DNA of 64,000 nucleotides from a virus. The notes under the pieces are model-generated. The model ran no database searches, was not told where the DNA came from, and was given only the letters and a program-made list of their open reading frames with translations. The DNA lies in the IMG/VR virus record IMGVR_UViG_3300020198_001494, positions 31,202 to 95,201 of that record; one strand, given 5' to 3'. This document shows positions 18,917-27,993 of the stretch, one piece after another (within the stretch, counting starts at the first letter, position 1; the number at the start of each line of letters is the position of its first letter). The position numbers and the translations under genes are program-made.

Positions 18917-19828
18917 CTAAATAGTTCCCCACCCACGACCTAAAAGATTGCGTATTGATAACACTCCGGGGGCGGCTCCTGGGCCTAGATACCCGCTCTG
19001 GAAACCGGCGGTATAACGAGACTGTCTCAATCCCTTTGTTATTTTTATGGTACTTTTTGCTTGAGTAACCATATCAATAAGTCTTTGATCTAGAGAATCG
19101 CGCATTTGCATATACTTACTAGATTTTTCCAGATCTAAACTGACTCCAGATATATTATAACCAAATTCATCTGCAACCCAATTAAGTGCTACCGCTTGTA
19201 TCGCTAAAACTGCTGCCCCTAATACAACCAACAATCTCCAAGACTTAAATCTACCGCTTTCTAAATGATCTATAGCTAATTCTGTTGCTGGTGGTTGTGT
19301 ATTTATCCACCCTAAAGCAAGCTCAAGATAATCTACTAATTCTTCATCTTCCCATATAAATCCAAATTGAGTTGTAAAATTTTTAACGTTTTTCTTTTTA
19401 ACTGGTGGTCTAAAGTGGTAATTTCTCTCTGGATTATTATCCCTTAAGACATTCCTTAAACTTTTTAAAAGCTCTTGCTGAACTTTAGAAAGTACCGGAC
19501 CTTCTGTTTGAGTGCATAAATCTACTACAGCAAATCTTTCTTCAGCTACAGATGCATCAGCTTGTTCTGTATCTTTTATCTTCCAGCTTATAAAATACTC
19601 TCCGGTAAACCAATCATCTGGAACTTTTAATCCGGCGTAATAATAACCAATTCTTTCTTTTAGTGGTATTTGATTTTGTAAAACTAAGACATCTATGTTT
19701 GTTTCTGTTCTTCTATAAACATCATACCTTATGGAATAAGGATCCGTTATTACCCCGCTATAACTTCTCAGGACAATATTAAGATCTGCACTACTAAGCT
19801 GTTGTCCTCTATGAAACGCTACACTCAT
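18917..19828 (-). CDS. Head-tail adaptor with N-terminal Ig-like domain
   Basis: Helical C-terminal domain LRNVLRD...WEDEELVDYLELAL...ISGVSL; N-terminal domain is paralogous to 19841-20167. Confidence 0.6.
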   Translation of the reverse strand: MSVAFHRGQQLSSADLNIVLRSYSGVITDPYSIRYDVYRRTETNIDVLVLQNQIPLKERIGYYYAGLKVPDDWFTGEYFISWKIKDTEQADASVAEERFAVVDLCTQTEGPVLSKVQQELLKSLRNVLRDNNPERNYHFRPPVKKKNVKNFTTQFGFIWEDEELVDYLELALGWINTQPPATELAIDHLESGRFKSWRLLVVLGAAVLAIQAVALNWVADEFGYNISGVSLDLEKSSKYMQMRDSLDQRLIDMVTQAKSTIKITKGLRQSRYTAGFQSGYLGPGAAPGVLSIRNLLGRGWGTI

Positions 19829-19840
19829 ATAAAATATTCC

Positions 19841-20167
19841 TTAAGTTACGCGAGGTGTATTAACAATAGCGAATCTATTTTCTACAGCAAAAGCTTTACT
19901 TGTTTCAGTTTTTTTTATTGACCACCTAATGTAATATGTACCTAAAGGCGCGTCGTTAGGAACTTTTATAGGGGCATAAAATTTACCTGCCTCTATCTTT
20001 ATTGGCGGTACCACTAAAGAACTCATATCATCCAAGGCACCTTTATTGTATTTAAATACCTCATAGTAAATAATAGCAGGATCTATAAAAACACCTTTAT
20101 CATCTCTTATATAAATATATAAATCTTTAGGCCCTAAAGTAGATCCTCTTGAATATGCTATAGCCAT
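19841..20167 (-). CDS. Stand-alone Ig-like virion protein
   Basis: Aligns by eye with the N-terminus of 18917-19828 (RG..L...DL.I..R...DP..I.Y.V...G.YYA...VP.D...G.Y.I.W.IK...E.RFA.V). Confidence 0.55.
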   Translation of the reverse strand: MAIAYSRGSTLGPKDLYIYIRDDKGVFIDPAIIYYEVFKYNKGALDDMSSLVVPPIKIEAGKFYAPIKVPNDAPLGTYYIRWSIKKTETSKAFAVENRFAIVNTPRVT

Positions 20168-20174
20168 TACACAC

Positions 20175-20432
20175 TTATTCCAAAATTATTTTTCCATTAG
20201 ACAAATTTACTGCCCACTCTTTGCCTTTAGGTATACTATATTTATCTACCAAAGATTTAATAAAATTTTCTCTAGAGATCTTTACTTTATTTAAAACAGT
20301 TTGAGAAATATTAAGCCTCTCATAAGCTTTACCTACATTAATATAAGCATCCTCTAGTAAATGCTCGTAGTCTCTTATTTTTTCTAGGTCATCGTCACCA
20401 ATATTTAAATTATCTAATATATTTACAGACAT
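20175..20432 (-). CDS. Small coiled-coil protein (paralogue of 18483-18872)
   Basis: NVGKAYER...KYSIP...WAVNLSNGKI. Confidence 0.5.
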   Translation of the reverse strand: MSVNILDNLNIGDDDLEKIRDYEHLLEDAYINVGKAYERLNISQTVLNKVKISRENFIKSLVDKYSIPKGKEWAVNLSNGKIILE

Positions 20433-20433
20433 T

Positions 20434-20769
20434 TTAAAATCTAAAAACCTCTATTTCTATCATCTCGTCTATAGCAGGAGGAGGTGAATTATTAGACCAT
20501 ACAATAAATATTTGACCAGATCCTCTAACAGGGCTTTCAGAATAATCTATACCAGCTATCTGTCTTGCTCCGTTTCTAAAAACATTCATCCAATGACCTT
20601 CACCGTCTGGTCCTGCTGATTTAATACCGGCATTAGAATAATAAGACGGAATAGGTATATCCATATCTATAAGAAAAAATACAAATTTTCCAGTACCTTT
20701 ACCATAGCCCTCTGCTAATGGCACGTTTGGTTGATTTTGATTACTTAAACCGGATATACCTATAGGCAT
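20434..20769 (-). CDS. Putative virion beta-domain protein
   Basis: VFRNGARQIAGIDYSE resembles the V..NG..Q..G.DY motif of phage fibre domains. Confidence 0.4.
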   Translation of the reverse strand: MPIGISGLSNQNQPNVPLAEGYGKGTGKFVFFLIDMDIPIPSYYSNAGIKSAGPDGEGHWMNVFRNGARQIAGIDYSESPVRGSGQIFIVWSNNSPPPAIDEMIEIEVFRF

Positions 20770-20774
20770 CTCAT

Positions 20775-21170
20775 TTATCTCACTGTAGAAGTAGATAAAC
20801 CGGAACTATCCGCTGGTATAACTGGTGGTGGAATGGGGGGAGGGGGTTGAACCGGATCTGAAGTAGTAGCTTGAGTAACAATAAACATATCATCTATAAT
20901 ATCTTCTGTATTTAAAGTAGGATGTTTACTCTTATATGTAACTAAATATGTTACTCCAGTACTATAATTTTCAGTGGTAGGTGTTAATTTATATGTATAG
21001 AACCCCTTAGACTTTCTATACATAGCAACTTTTTCAACATCGGTAACCAAATTAGCTCCATCTACATGCTTTATTTCTATAGTAGCCTCGTTAACATCAA
21101 ATAAGATTCTACTCTGATCTAACCAAATCATGGTAAAAACAAATTCTGTATTGAAAACTAACTTTTCCAT
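20775..21170 (-). CDS. Ig-like virion protein with Pro-rich tail
   Basis: Beta-rich with GFYTY and G.TYLVTY, similar to 19841-20167; PPPPIPPP tail. Confidence 0.45.
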   Translation of the reverse strand: MEKLVFNTEFVFTMIWLDQSRILFDVNEATIEIKHVDGANLVTDVEKVAMYRKSKGFYTYKLTPTTENYSTGVTYLVTYKSKHPTLNTEDIIDDMFIVTQATTSDPVQPPPPIPPPVIPADSSGLSTSTVR

Positions 21171-22427
21171 TTATTGTATATACCCATCATCAAAGAAACT
21201 AGCATTATCATCATACCCAATATAATTTTGATGTTTATTCCCTAATACTTCACCACCATTTTTAACAAGAACACCAAAACTTTTTTTAGTATCTCTAACA
21301 TTTTCTACTGAAAAAGTATTAACTTTATCTACTCCTATAGTACTTAAATTTTCTTCATTAAAAACCACTAATGATTTTCTATTGGAGGTTACCTGACTAC
21401 CACCAAAAGTAGCATTATTAAGTATAGTAGAGTTAGATATTTCTACTGAAGACATAGTATCTGCTAATATTCCGTGTGATTTACTGTCACTGATATAAGA
21501 ATTTAATATTAATCCAGTACTATTCCATGAAATATATATAGCGATATCATTATCAACAAAAACAGTTCCGTCACTATCAGTAGCGTCAACAAGAAATGAA
21601 GAACTTCTCTCTACATTTAAACCTACTACGTTACCTTCATTACTACTACCAAAATAAGATCCAAATATCTCAGATCTACTATGGTTAGCTACAAAAATCC
21701 CATTTACATTAGAAAATATTTTACAATCATATAAAGATATATTAGAGCAATAATTAACTAATATACCGCTATTTTTATTATCTTTAAAAACACAGTTTTC
21801 AAAATCTGCTGTAGAGTTCTTATAAACAATGAAACCATCCACATTATTAGAAATAATTGAATTTTTTATATAGTATGTGGATGAATGCTCTTGTAAATTA
21901 ACACCAACTTTATTGTTTTTTATTTGACAGCTATCTAACAATATTTTTGAGTAGTTAGTAGAGTTTATAGCGAAATCTTTATATCCGTAAACTAAAATAC
22001 CTTTAAACAAAATACCTTGAATACAATCTACGTTTATTCCAGTGGATATTCCCTCATTTTTACCGTATAAAACAACCTTTAAATCATCTTCGTATATATC
22101 GGTATATAAATCTCCACTTAAAGTTATAAAACCAGAGGGGCCTACTACGTGTCCAGTAAAGTTTAATGTCTCTTCATACAAGCCATTAGCTATAAATATT
22201 ACTATATTATGGTTAATGACAACAGGAAGATCATTTATAGCCGCTTGTATTGTTTTCTTGGGCTCTAACTCGGATCCACAATTATTATCATCACCAAAAC
22301 TATTATCTACAAAAATAGAGTATTCCGCTACTGTAGTGGTAGCTCTCTTTATAAGATCATCTTCCAATCTAAGTATTTTCCCTTGCGGCAATATCGCAAT
22401 CTGTTCCGGCCTTAAAGGATGACCCAT
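21171..22427 (-). CDS. Right-handed parallel beta-helix (pectin-lyase-like) protein, possible spike or depolymerase
   Basis: IFVDNSFGDDNNCGS...PKKTIQAAI start motif followed by N/I/S-rich ~22-aa beta-helix rungs. Confidence 0.75.
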   Translation of the reverse strand: MGHPLRPEQIAILPQGKILRLEDDLIKRATTTVAEYSIFVDNSFGDDNNCGSELEPKKTIQAAINDLPVVINHNIVIFIANGLYEETLNFTGHVVGPSGFITLSGDLYTDIYEDDLKVVLYGKNEGISTGINVDCIQGILFKGILVYGYKDFAINSTNYSKILLDSCQIKNNKVGVNLQEHSSTYYIKNSIISNNVDGFIVYKNSTADFENCVFKDNKNSGILVNYCSNISLYDCKIFSNVNGIFVANHSRSEIFGSYFGSSNEGNVVGLNVERSSSFLVDATDSDGTVFVDNDIAIYISWNSTGLILNSYISDSKSHGILADTMSSVEISNSTILNNATFGGSQVTSNRKSLVVFNEENLSTIGVDKVNTFSVENVRDTKKSFGVLVKNGGEVLGNKHQNYIGYDDNASFFDDGYIQ

Positions 22428-22515
22428 CTCTATTTAATCCTATCTATATAATATAACTTATTTATAATTATAGTTTACTAACCTAAAACAAACATAATAC
22501 AAACATATAAAAAGT

Positions 22516-22545
22516 TAGGAGGGGGGTTTTTTAGCCCCCCTCCTA
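22516..22545 (-). terminator. Intrinsic terminator
   Basis: TAGGAGGGGGG / CCCCCCTCCTA 11-bp stem with a T tract on the minus strand, just after the stop at 22558. Confidence 0.8.
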
Positions 22546-22557
22546 TTTTAATCTACA

Positions 22558-23931
22558 TTATGAAGGAATACCATAGTATCTTACATATAAGTAATCGCCG
22601 CTAATGGAGCCCTTAAATGTTATTGTTCGACTTTCAGACGTGTAGAACCATTCGCCTGCACTACTACCAGATGCTATTAACTGACCGTTTAGATACGCAT
22701 CAATAAAAGTCCCGTCAAATCCGGTTGTATCGAATGCTGGTAATTGTACCGTATCGTCTGGTTGATTTGCTGTATCAGAAACCATAAGTGGAACACGGAT
22801 ATATTGAGAGCCGTACTTAGCATATGAACTACTGTTTAAAGTTAAAGTAGAACCGCTGAGGAAAGCTGTAGCGCCGGATACGTTTACAGCACTGAGGTTT
22901 GTAATATTTGTGTTAGCTACAGCAGCAGAGAAGTTAGTAGCACCGGAAACTGTATTAGTACCCGCTAAAGTTACAGAACCGTTGAAGGTTGAAGCTGCGT
23001 TAGCGTTAGTGGTTAAAGTAGAACCGCTGAGGAAAGCTGTAGCGCCGGAGACGTTTACAGCACTGAGGTTTGTAGTATTTGTGTTAGCTACAGCAGCAGA
23101 GAAGTTAGTAGCACCGGAAACTGTATTAGTACCCGCTAAAGTTACAGAACCGCTGAAGGTTGAAGCTGCGTTAGCGTTAGTGGTTAAAGTAGAACCGCTG
23201 AGGAAAGCTGTAGCACCGGATACGTTTACAGCACTGAGGTTTGTAGTATTTGTGTTAGCTACAGCAGCAGAGAAGTTAGTAGCACCGGAAACTGTATTAG
23301 TACCCGCTAAAGTTACAGAACCGCTGAAGGTTGAAGCTGCGTTAGCGTTAGTGGTTAAAGTAGAACCGCTGAGGAAAGCTGTAGCGCCGGATACGTTTAC
23401 AGCACTGAGATTAACAGTGCCGGTAGCGTTAGTGGTACCGCCTAAAGCAACAGAACCGCTGAAGGTTGAAGCTGCGTTAGCGTTAGTGGTTAAAGTAGAA
23501 CCGCTGAGGAAAGCTGTAGCGCCGGATACGTTTACAGCACTGAGGTTTGTATTATTTGTGTTAGCTACAGCAGCAGAGAAGTTAGTAGCACCGGAAACTG
23601 TATTAGTACCCGCTAAAGTTACAGAACCGTTGAAGGTTGAAGCTGCGTTAGCGGAAGTGGTTAAAGTAGAACCGCTGAGGAAAGTAGTAGCGCCGGATAC
23701 GTTTACAGCACTGAGGTTTGTATTATTTGTGTTAGCTACAGCAGCAGAGAAGTTAGTAGCACCGGAAACTGTATTAGTACCCGCTAAAGTTACAGAACCG
23801 TTGAAGGTTGAAGCTGCGTTAGCGTTAGTGGTTAAAGTAGAACCGCTGAGGAAATTTGTAGCGCCGGATACAGCAACAGTACTTACGCCTGTACTTAAAT
23901 CTAATTGAAAACCTTTAATCTTATTAGCCAT
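22558..23931 (-). CDS. Repetitive S/T/A/N/G-rich fibre protein
   Basis: 57-aa tandem repeats, N-terminal MANKIKGFQL, and a C-terminal beta domain (AYLNGQL...GEW...ITF). Confidence 0.65.
   Translation of the reverse strand: MANKIKGFQLDLSTGVSTVAVSGATNFLSGSTLTTNANAASTFNGSVTLAGTNTVSGATNFSAAVANTNNTNLSAVNVSGATTFLSGSTLTTSANAASTFNGSVTLAGTNTVSGATNFSAAVANTNNTNLSAVNVSGATAFLSGSTLTTNANAASTFSGSVALGGTTNATGTVNLSAVNVSGATAFLSGSTLTTNANAASTFSGSVTLAGTNTVSGATNFSAAVANTNTTNLSAVNVSGATAFLSGSTLTTNANAASTFSGSVTLAGTNTVSGATNFSAAVANTNTTNLSAVNVSGATAFLSGSTLTTNANAASTFNGSVTLAGTNTVSGATNFSAAVANTNITNLSAVNVSGATAFLSGSTLTLNSSSYAKYGSQYIRVPLMVSDTANQPDDTVQLPAFDTTGFDGTFIDAYLNGQLIASGSSAGEWFYTSESRTITFKGSISGDYLYVRYYGIPS
22845..23870. repeat. 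Near-identical 171-bp tandem repeat (about 6 units, one shortened to 135 bp)
   Basis: A GAAAGCTGTAGC-like register recurs at 22861, 23032, 23203, 23374, 23509, 23680 and 23851. Confidence 0.95.
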
Positions 23932-24007
23932 TTTTCTTCAGTCACCCCGTTTATTAAAAAATCTTACCCATCATAACTAATTTTTTATAAACAAAATAAA
24001 ACAAAAT

Positions 24008-24250
24008 CTAACTATGTACTAAAGCCTTCAATCCTTGTATACAATCTGCATAATCTAAAGCAACTACTTTACCTCTTCTACCAAAATACTCTATTTTAAG
24101 TTTATCTAACCCACCTGTATCTACAAAGATAAAAAAGAATTTTGACCCTTCTCTATTAGTATCTTTCATGACACAACCGGCGGCTTGTAAGAAAGCAGCA
24201 AAGTATAAATCATTTGTTTTATACTCTTTTTCTATTAATTCGTGTGACAC
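24008..24250 (-). CDS. DUF5659-like small protein
   Basis: YKTNDLYFAAFL...G...FFFIF pattern. Confidence 0.55.
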   Translation of the reverse strand: MSHELIEKEYKTNDLYFAAFLQAAGCVMKDTNREGSKFFFIFVDTGGLDKLKIEYFGRRGKVVALDYADCIQGLKALVHS

Positions 24251-24261
24251 TAAACTTCCCC

Positions 24262-24615
24262 CTACTTAATAAACTTATCATATGTAGAAGTGTTATAACC
24301 CTTGTCAGAAGCCAGTTTTTTAGCTTCTTTCCAAGACCCGACTATTTCACCCTCTACATTAGGAGCTACTTTAGGACTACTATGTTCTTTTCTCTGCCTT
24401 CTATCTAATACTTCAGATCTTTTTTTTCTAAACTCAGTTTCTTTGATTAATTTACCAGACCAATTATCACCTTTTAACATAAAACTGGTAGATCTAACAA
24501 GAACTGACATCTTTAAATTACACATAGTACACGACTGATCATTTCTATCTGACATACTACAATTTACTGTAGTCTCATTTAAACAATTACCACATCTTAA
24601 ATCATAATTAGGCAT
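24262..24615 (-). CDS. FmdB-like zinc-ribbon protein
   Basis: MPNYDLRCGNC...CTMC...M...FMLKGDNW. Confidence 0.8.
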   Translation of the reverse strand: MPNYDLRCGNCLNETTVNCSMSDRNDQSCTMCNLKMSVLVRSTSFMLKGDNWSGKLIKETEFRKKRSEVLDRRQRKEHSSPKVAPNVEGEIVGSWKEAKKLASDKGYNTSTYDKFIK

Positions 24616-24621
24616 AATTTA

Positions 24622-25602
24622 TTATTTCATTCTCTTTAATTTAGCATTTACAAACTTTTTAATAGCTCCTTGCTCAATTCTTGATACTACTTCAAGTAAA
24701 TTTTTATCATTGGAATCATCTACAAAACTCTTTTTTTGCTGAAAACTCATTTTTGTCCAATCTTCTTTAAATTTTTCTGTACTTGATTTTTGGCCTAAAA
24801 ATTCAAAACCAGCAAGATCAGATAATTCTACAAATTCTGATACCCCAGCCCCTTTTAAATTTACATTCTCTTCATTACTAGGTAACTTAGACTCTTCCCC
24901 CATTATCTCAAATCCAGTATTCTTAAAAATACCTGTATCATCAATATCATCTACTATTCCAGCGCCTTTTAATTCAGTTTTTGATTCAGTATCTCCTAAA
25001 TTCTTTGGCTCTACTTTTTTTGGCTTTCTCTTTAATTTAGGTGGTTTTTCACCCTCTTCAAATTTAACTTCCATTTTAGGTATCTCTAGTTTAGTACCTT
25101 CTACTTTTTTATTACTTCCAATTTCATCACCGTCAATCTCTGTAACAGGCATATTAATACTCAAATCACTTTTTTTAGAAGCTTTCTTCTTTGAACTTGG
25201 TATATCACCTATATAATCTGGCTCTTGATCAAGTACTGGAAGGTTTATGTTAAATAAAGGTTTTGCTTTTTTAGCTTTACGGGGTCCGGGAGTATCTGCT
25301 ACCTCTTCGCCGGATGAGTATTCAACCGTCTCGTATTTATCAAGAACACTGCCGGTATCTAGTCTTTTAAGTAAATTCTCACTAAGATGTACAGTAGACT
25401 TATCTGTTACAACAACATCGCCAGGATCATCAGATAGATCTCTCATCCAACCCATTTTTAAAATTGGATCAAAAGATGACACCTTAAACTCTTCTTCATT
25501 TACAACAGCTTTTTTCCCATCATAGTAGACAATATCCCCAGCATACAGGTACTTAGATGCCTCGCCTACCATAAACTTACATTCTACTAAGTATTTTTTC
25601 AT
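24622..25602 (-). CDS. Hypothetical protein (largely disordered, K/E-rich)
   Basis: 326-aa ORF with SD GAGG; internal repeats INLPV/INMPV and LKGAG. Confidence 0.6.
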   Translation of the reverse strand: MKKYLVECKFMVGEASKYLYAGDIVYYDGKKAVVNEEEFKVSSFDPILKMGWMRDLSDDPGDVVVTDKSTVHLSENLLKRLDTGSVLDKYETVEYSSGEEVADTPGPRKAKKAKPLFNINLPVLDQEPDYIGDIPSSKKKASKKSDLSINMPVTEIDGDEIGSNKKVEGTKLEIPKMEVKFEEGEKPPKLKRKPKKVEPKNLGDTESKTELKGAGIVDDIDDTGIFKNTGFEIMGEESKLPSNEENVNLKGAGVSEFVELSDLAGFEFLGQKSSTEKFKEDWTKMSFQQKKSFVDDSNDKNLLEVVSRIEQGAIKKFVNAKLKRMK

Positions 25603-25699
25603 ATAAATTAACTAACCTCTCATTTACATAGTATCATGTTTACATGAGTATCTATAAATTAAAAATGAGCGGTGGACTACTTCTAAAAATTTGACTTCG

Positions 25700-25708
25700 T
25701 GGTATAAT
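25700..25708 (+). promoter_or_regulatory. Extended -10 promoter for the plus-strand endonuclease gene
   Basis: TGGTATAAT (TGn-TATAAT), then SD AAAGGAG at 25717-25723 and an in-frame GTG at 25733. Confidence 0.6.
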
Positions 25709-25732
25709 GAAGTACGAAAGGAGTACCTCATC

Positions 25733-26995
25733 GTGGATGGAAGTAAATGGTCAGAAGAAGAGTTAAATACATTAAGAGAACACTATGACTCTGATAACAT
25801 TGATCTAGTGACAAACATGCTGCCGAATAGAACCAGGAAATCTGTTATGCACAAAGCTATTGAATTAGGTCTGGTTAGAAAAGATTTTTGGACAGCAGAA
25901 GAAATAAGTATTTTAGAAATGTACAACGGAAACAATATTGATGAAATAACTGAGCTTCTTACTAAGAGAACAAAAAGAGCGGTTATGGGTAAAATAGGAG
26001 AAATTGGTCTTATTTTCAAAAATCGATGGACAGAAGAAGAAATTGAAACTCTTAAGGAAAACTATGATCCTAATGATACAGACTTGATGTTAGAATTACT
26101 GCCGGGTAGAACAAAAAGATCTATATATGTCCAAGCAAGTAGACTTAATTTAACAAATGGGTGGACAGAAGAAGAAATTGAGACAGTAAAAGAAAATTAT
26201 GGAAAATTAACTAATAAAGACTTGCAGAAATTATTACCTAACAGAACACTGAGGGCAATTCAACACACGGGAAAAGAAACCTTGGGAATTGATAAAGAAA
26301 CTTTTGAAAGACGGTATAAAATAAACGAAGATTTCTTTTCTACCTATACACTGGAAAGTTGTTACTGGGCTGGTTTTATAGCTGCTGACGGAGCAGTAAG
26401 TAAAACTAGAAAAATTAATGATCCGGATAGATTAAGAATAAATCTTCAAGAAAGGGATAAATGTCAATTAGAAAAATTTGCTAAAGTGCTAGACTATACT
26501 GGACCTATAAATGAATATGAAGTAAAAGAACAGCAGATCTTGGATAATACAAAAAGAACCGAAGCTAAAAAAGCGGTAAATATTACAGTATGTAGTAAAA
26601 AATTAGTAGAGGATTTAAGAAAAAATTTCAACATTACAGAAAAGAAATCTCTAACTTTGGAACCACCGAAACTTCCTAATAGAGAATGTGAGCTATCTTT
26701 CATCAAAGGATATCTTGATGGGGATGGAAGTTTACCTAATAATATTGATGGATCTATTATGATTTGTATTAACGGAACATATAAATTACTAAACTGGATA
26801 AAGAAAATATTTGATGAAGAAAGTCCTGGTAATAAATATGGTACTGCATCCGAAGTAAGAAAAGATGGAAACATCTATAAATACTCAGTACATTCACAGA
26901 GAGCGGCTAAAATAATAAATATACTAATAAACTTAGAAACTTCAGCATTAAATAGAAAATGGTCTAAATATATGTATATGAAGGATAATAAGTAA
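25733..26995 (+). CDS. Free-standing LAGLIDADG homing endonuclease with four N-terminal Myb/SANT-like repeats
   Basis: WSEEE, WTAEE, WTEEE and WTEEE repeats with LP.RT..S/A; LAGLIDADG motifs YWAGFIAADG and FIKGYLDGDG. The only credible plus-strand gene in the window. Confidence 0.85.
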   Translation: MDGSKWSEEELNTLREHYDSDNIDLVTNMLPNRTRKSVMHKAIELGLVRKDFWTAEEISILEMYNGNNIDEITELLTKRTKRAVMGKIGEIGLIFKNRWTEEEIETLKENYDPNDTDLMLELLPGRTKRSIYVQASRLNLTNGWTEEEIETVKENYGKLTNKDLQKLLPNRTLRAIQHTGKETLGIDKETFERRYKINEDFFSTYTLESCYWAGFIAADGAVSKTRKINDPDRLRINLQERDKCQLEKFAKVLDYTGPINEYEVKEQQILDNTKRTEAKKAVNITVCSKKLVEDLRKNFNITEKKSLTLEPPKLPNRECELSFIKGYLDGDGSLPNNIDGSIMICINGTYKLLNWIKKIFDEESPGNKYGTASEVRKDGNIYKYSVHSQRAAKIINILINLETSALNRKWSKYMYMKDNK

Positions 26996-27065
26996 TGGAC
27001 CCAGGCTAGTATTTCTATGATTAGAAAATACTACCAACCACTAATGTTTAACTAGATCCAAAAAC

Positions 27066-27096
27066 AGAAAGTACCCCCATAAAGGGGGTACTTTCT
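27066..27096 (-). terminator. Intrinsic terminator after major capsid gene
   Basis: AGAAAGTACCCCC-ATAAA-GGGGGTACTTTCT perfect 13-bp stem, then GTTTTT on the minus strand. Confidence 0.85.
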
Positions 27097-27109
27097 TGGC
27101 TAGGTATGA

Positions 27110-27985
27110 TTAACGAACAGTAGTAACCTCTAATGTTTGTAATCCTAATGGATTATGCACCCCTATGCCAATGTTCTCGAAGACCGAGAATCCAATGAGT
27201 CTGTTCTTAGGATCGTCAGCAGAAAGTACAGTTAGTTCTGTTCTGACTGGAATTCTACCGAAGAATTCAGGTTCAGCACAAACAAATACTGCACCAACTG
27301 GAACGATTCTTGACACGATTATCTGTGCGCCCCAGAGGTACGCCATCAAACCGGTCTTTAACAGGACTGCCTGGCTCTCGATGTCGAGAATATCTCTTCC
27401 GAATTTCCGGATATCGGTATAATCACGGGCATTCATGAAGATTCTAGAAACACGAAGATCCCACTTCTCGATATCAGCGAAAGCATCAGCTAGAACTGCC
27501 GGAGTAATTGGAGCACCAGTTCTAATCTTCGCATTTGGAGCGCCAGCCGCATCGCGGATAGCTGCCATAATTGCGAAAGATTTGGTGTCCTCTTGCGCCT
27601 GGATTTCAGCCTTAGCTAAGTCTTGCGCTCTTTCGATCAAGTCGAATCTACGCTCTTTAACCTGAGTTAGAGGGATTTCTGGGTTGCTTGCTAACTCGAA
27701 TAGAGGGAATAGGACTCTCGTACTCTTTGTTACGGCAAGAATGCCTTCACCTTCTTCACCGACTACATAGGCGGTGACATCAGGATCTCTGTCGTATACC
27801 GGAAGGGCACCATCAGGTAGCTGTTCAACTAAATAAGCTTTACGGGCTACTGAAGTGTAATCTCTCCGACGACGGAGGGGCTGAGTCATTGAAGCGGCTA
27901 AACGCTGACGACCCTGGGATGTTCTTAAAAGATCCCCTATGATTTGCTGTTTTAGCTCATTTGAAATTTGTTCTGGCATCTTCAT
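27110..27985 (-). CDS. Major capsid protein (HK97 fold)
   Basis: Follows scaffold and cement genes, has SD AAGGAGGT and GC-richer codons. RLAASMTQPL...Y..VARK..VEQLPDG...FELASNPEI...AKAEIQAQED resembles, from memory, the Bxz1/cluster C mycobacteriophage capsid type. Confidence 0.9.
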   Translation of the reverse strand: MKMPEQISNELKQQIIGDLLRTSQGRQRLAASMTQPLRRRRDYTSVARKAYLVEQLPDGALPVYDRDPDVTAYVVGEEGEGILAVTKSTRVLFPLFELASNPEIPLTQVKERRFDLIERAQDLAKAEIQAQEDTKSFAIMAAIRDAAGAPNAKIRTGAPITPAVLADAFADIEKWDLRVSRIFMNARDYTDIRKFGRDILDIESQAVLLKTGLMAYLWGAQIIVSRIVPVGAVFVCAEPEFFGRIPVRTELTVLSADDPKNRLIGFSVFENIGIGVHNPLGLQTLEVTTVR

Positions 27986-27993
27986 TTACCTCC

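Noticed and set aside
22845-23870. Possible CRISPR array or DGR template/variable repeat
   Set aside because: Units are contiguous, in-frame and 171 bp long with no unique spacers. There are no cas genes or reverse transcriptase, and differences are not adenine-specific.
22910-23908. 332-aa plus-strand ORF with repeats
   Set aside because: Antisense shadow of the repeat fibre gene. The minus-strand gene has the SD, terminator and terminal domains.
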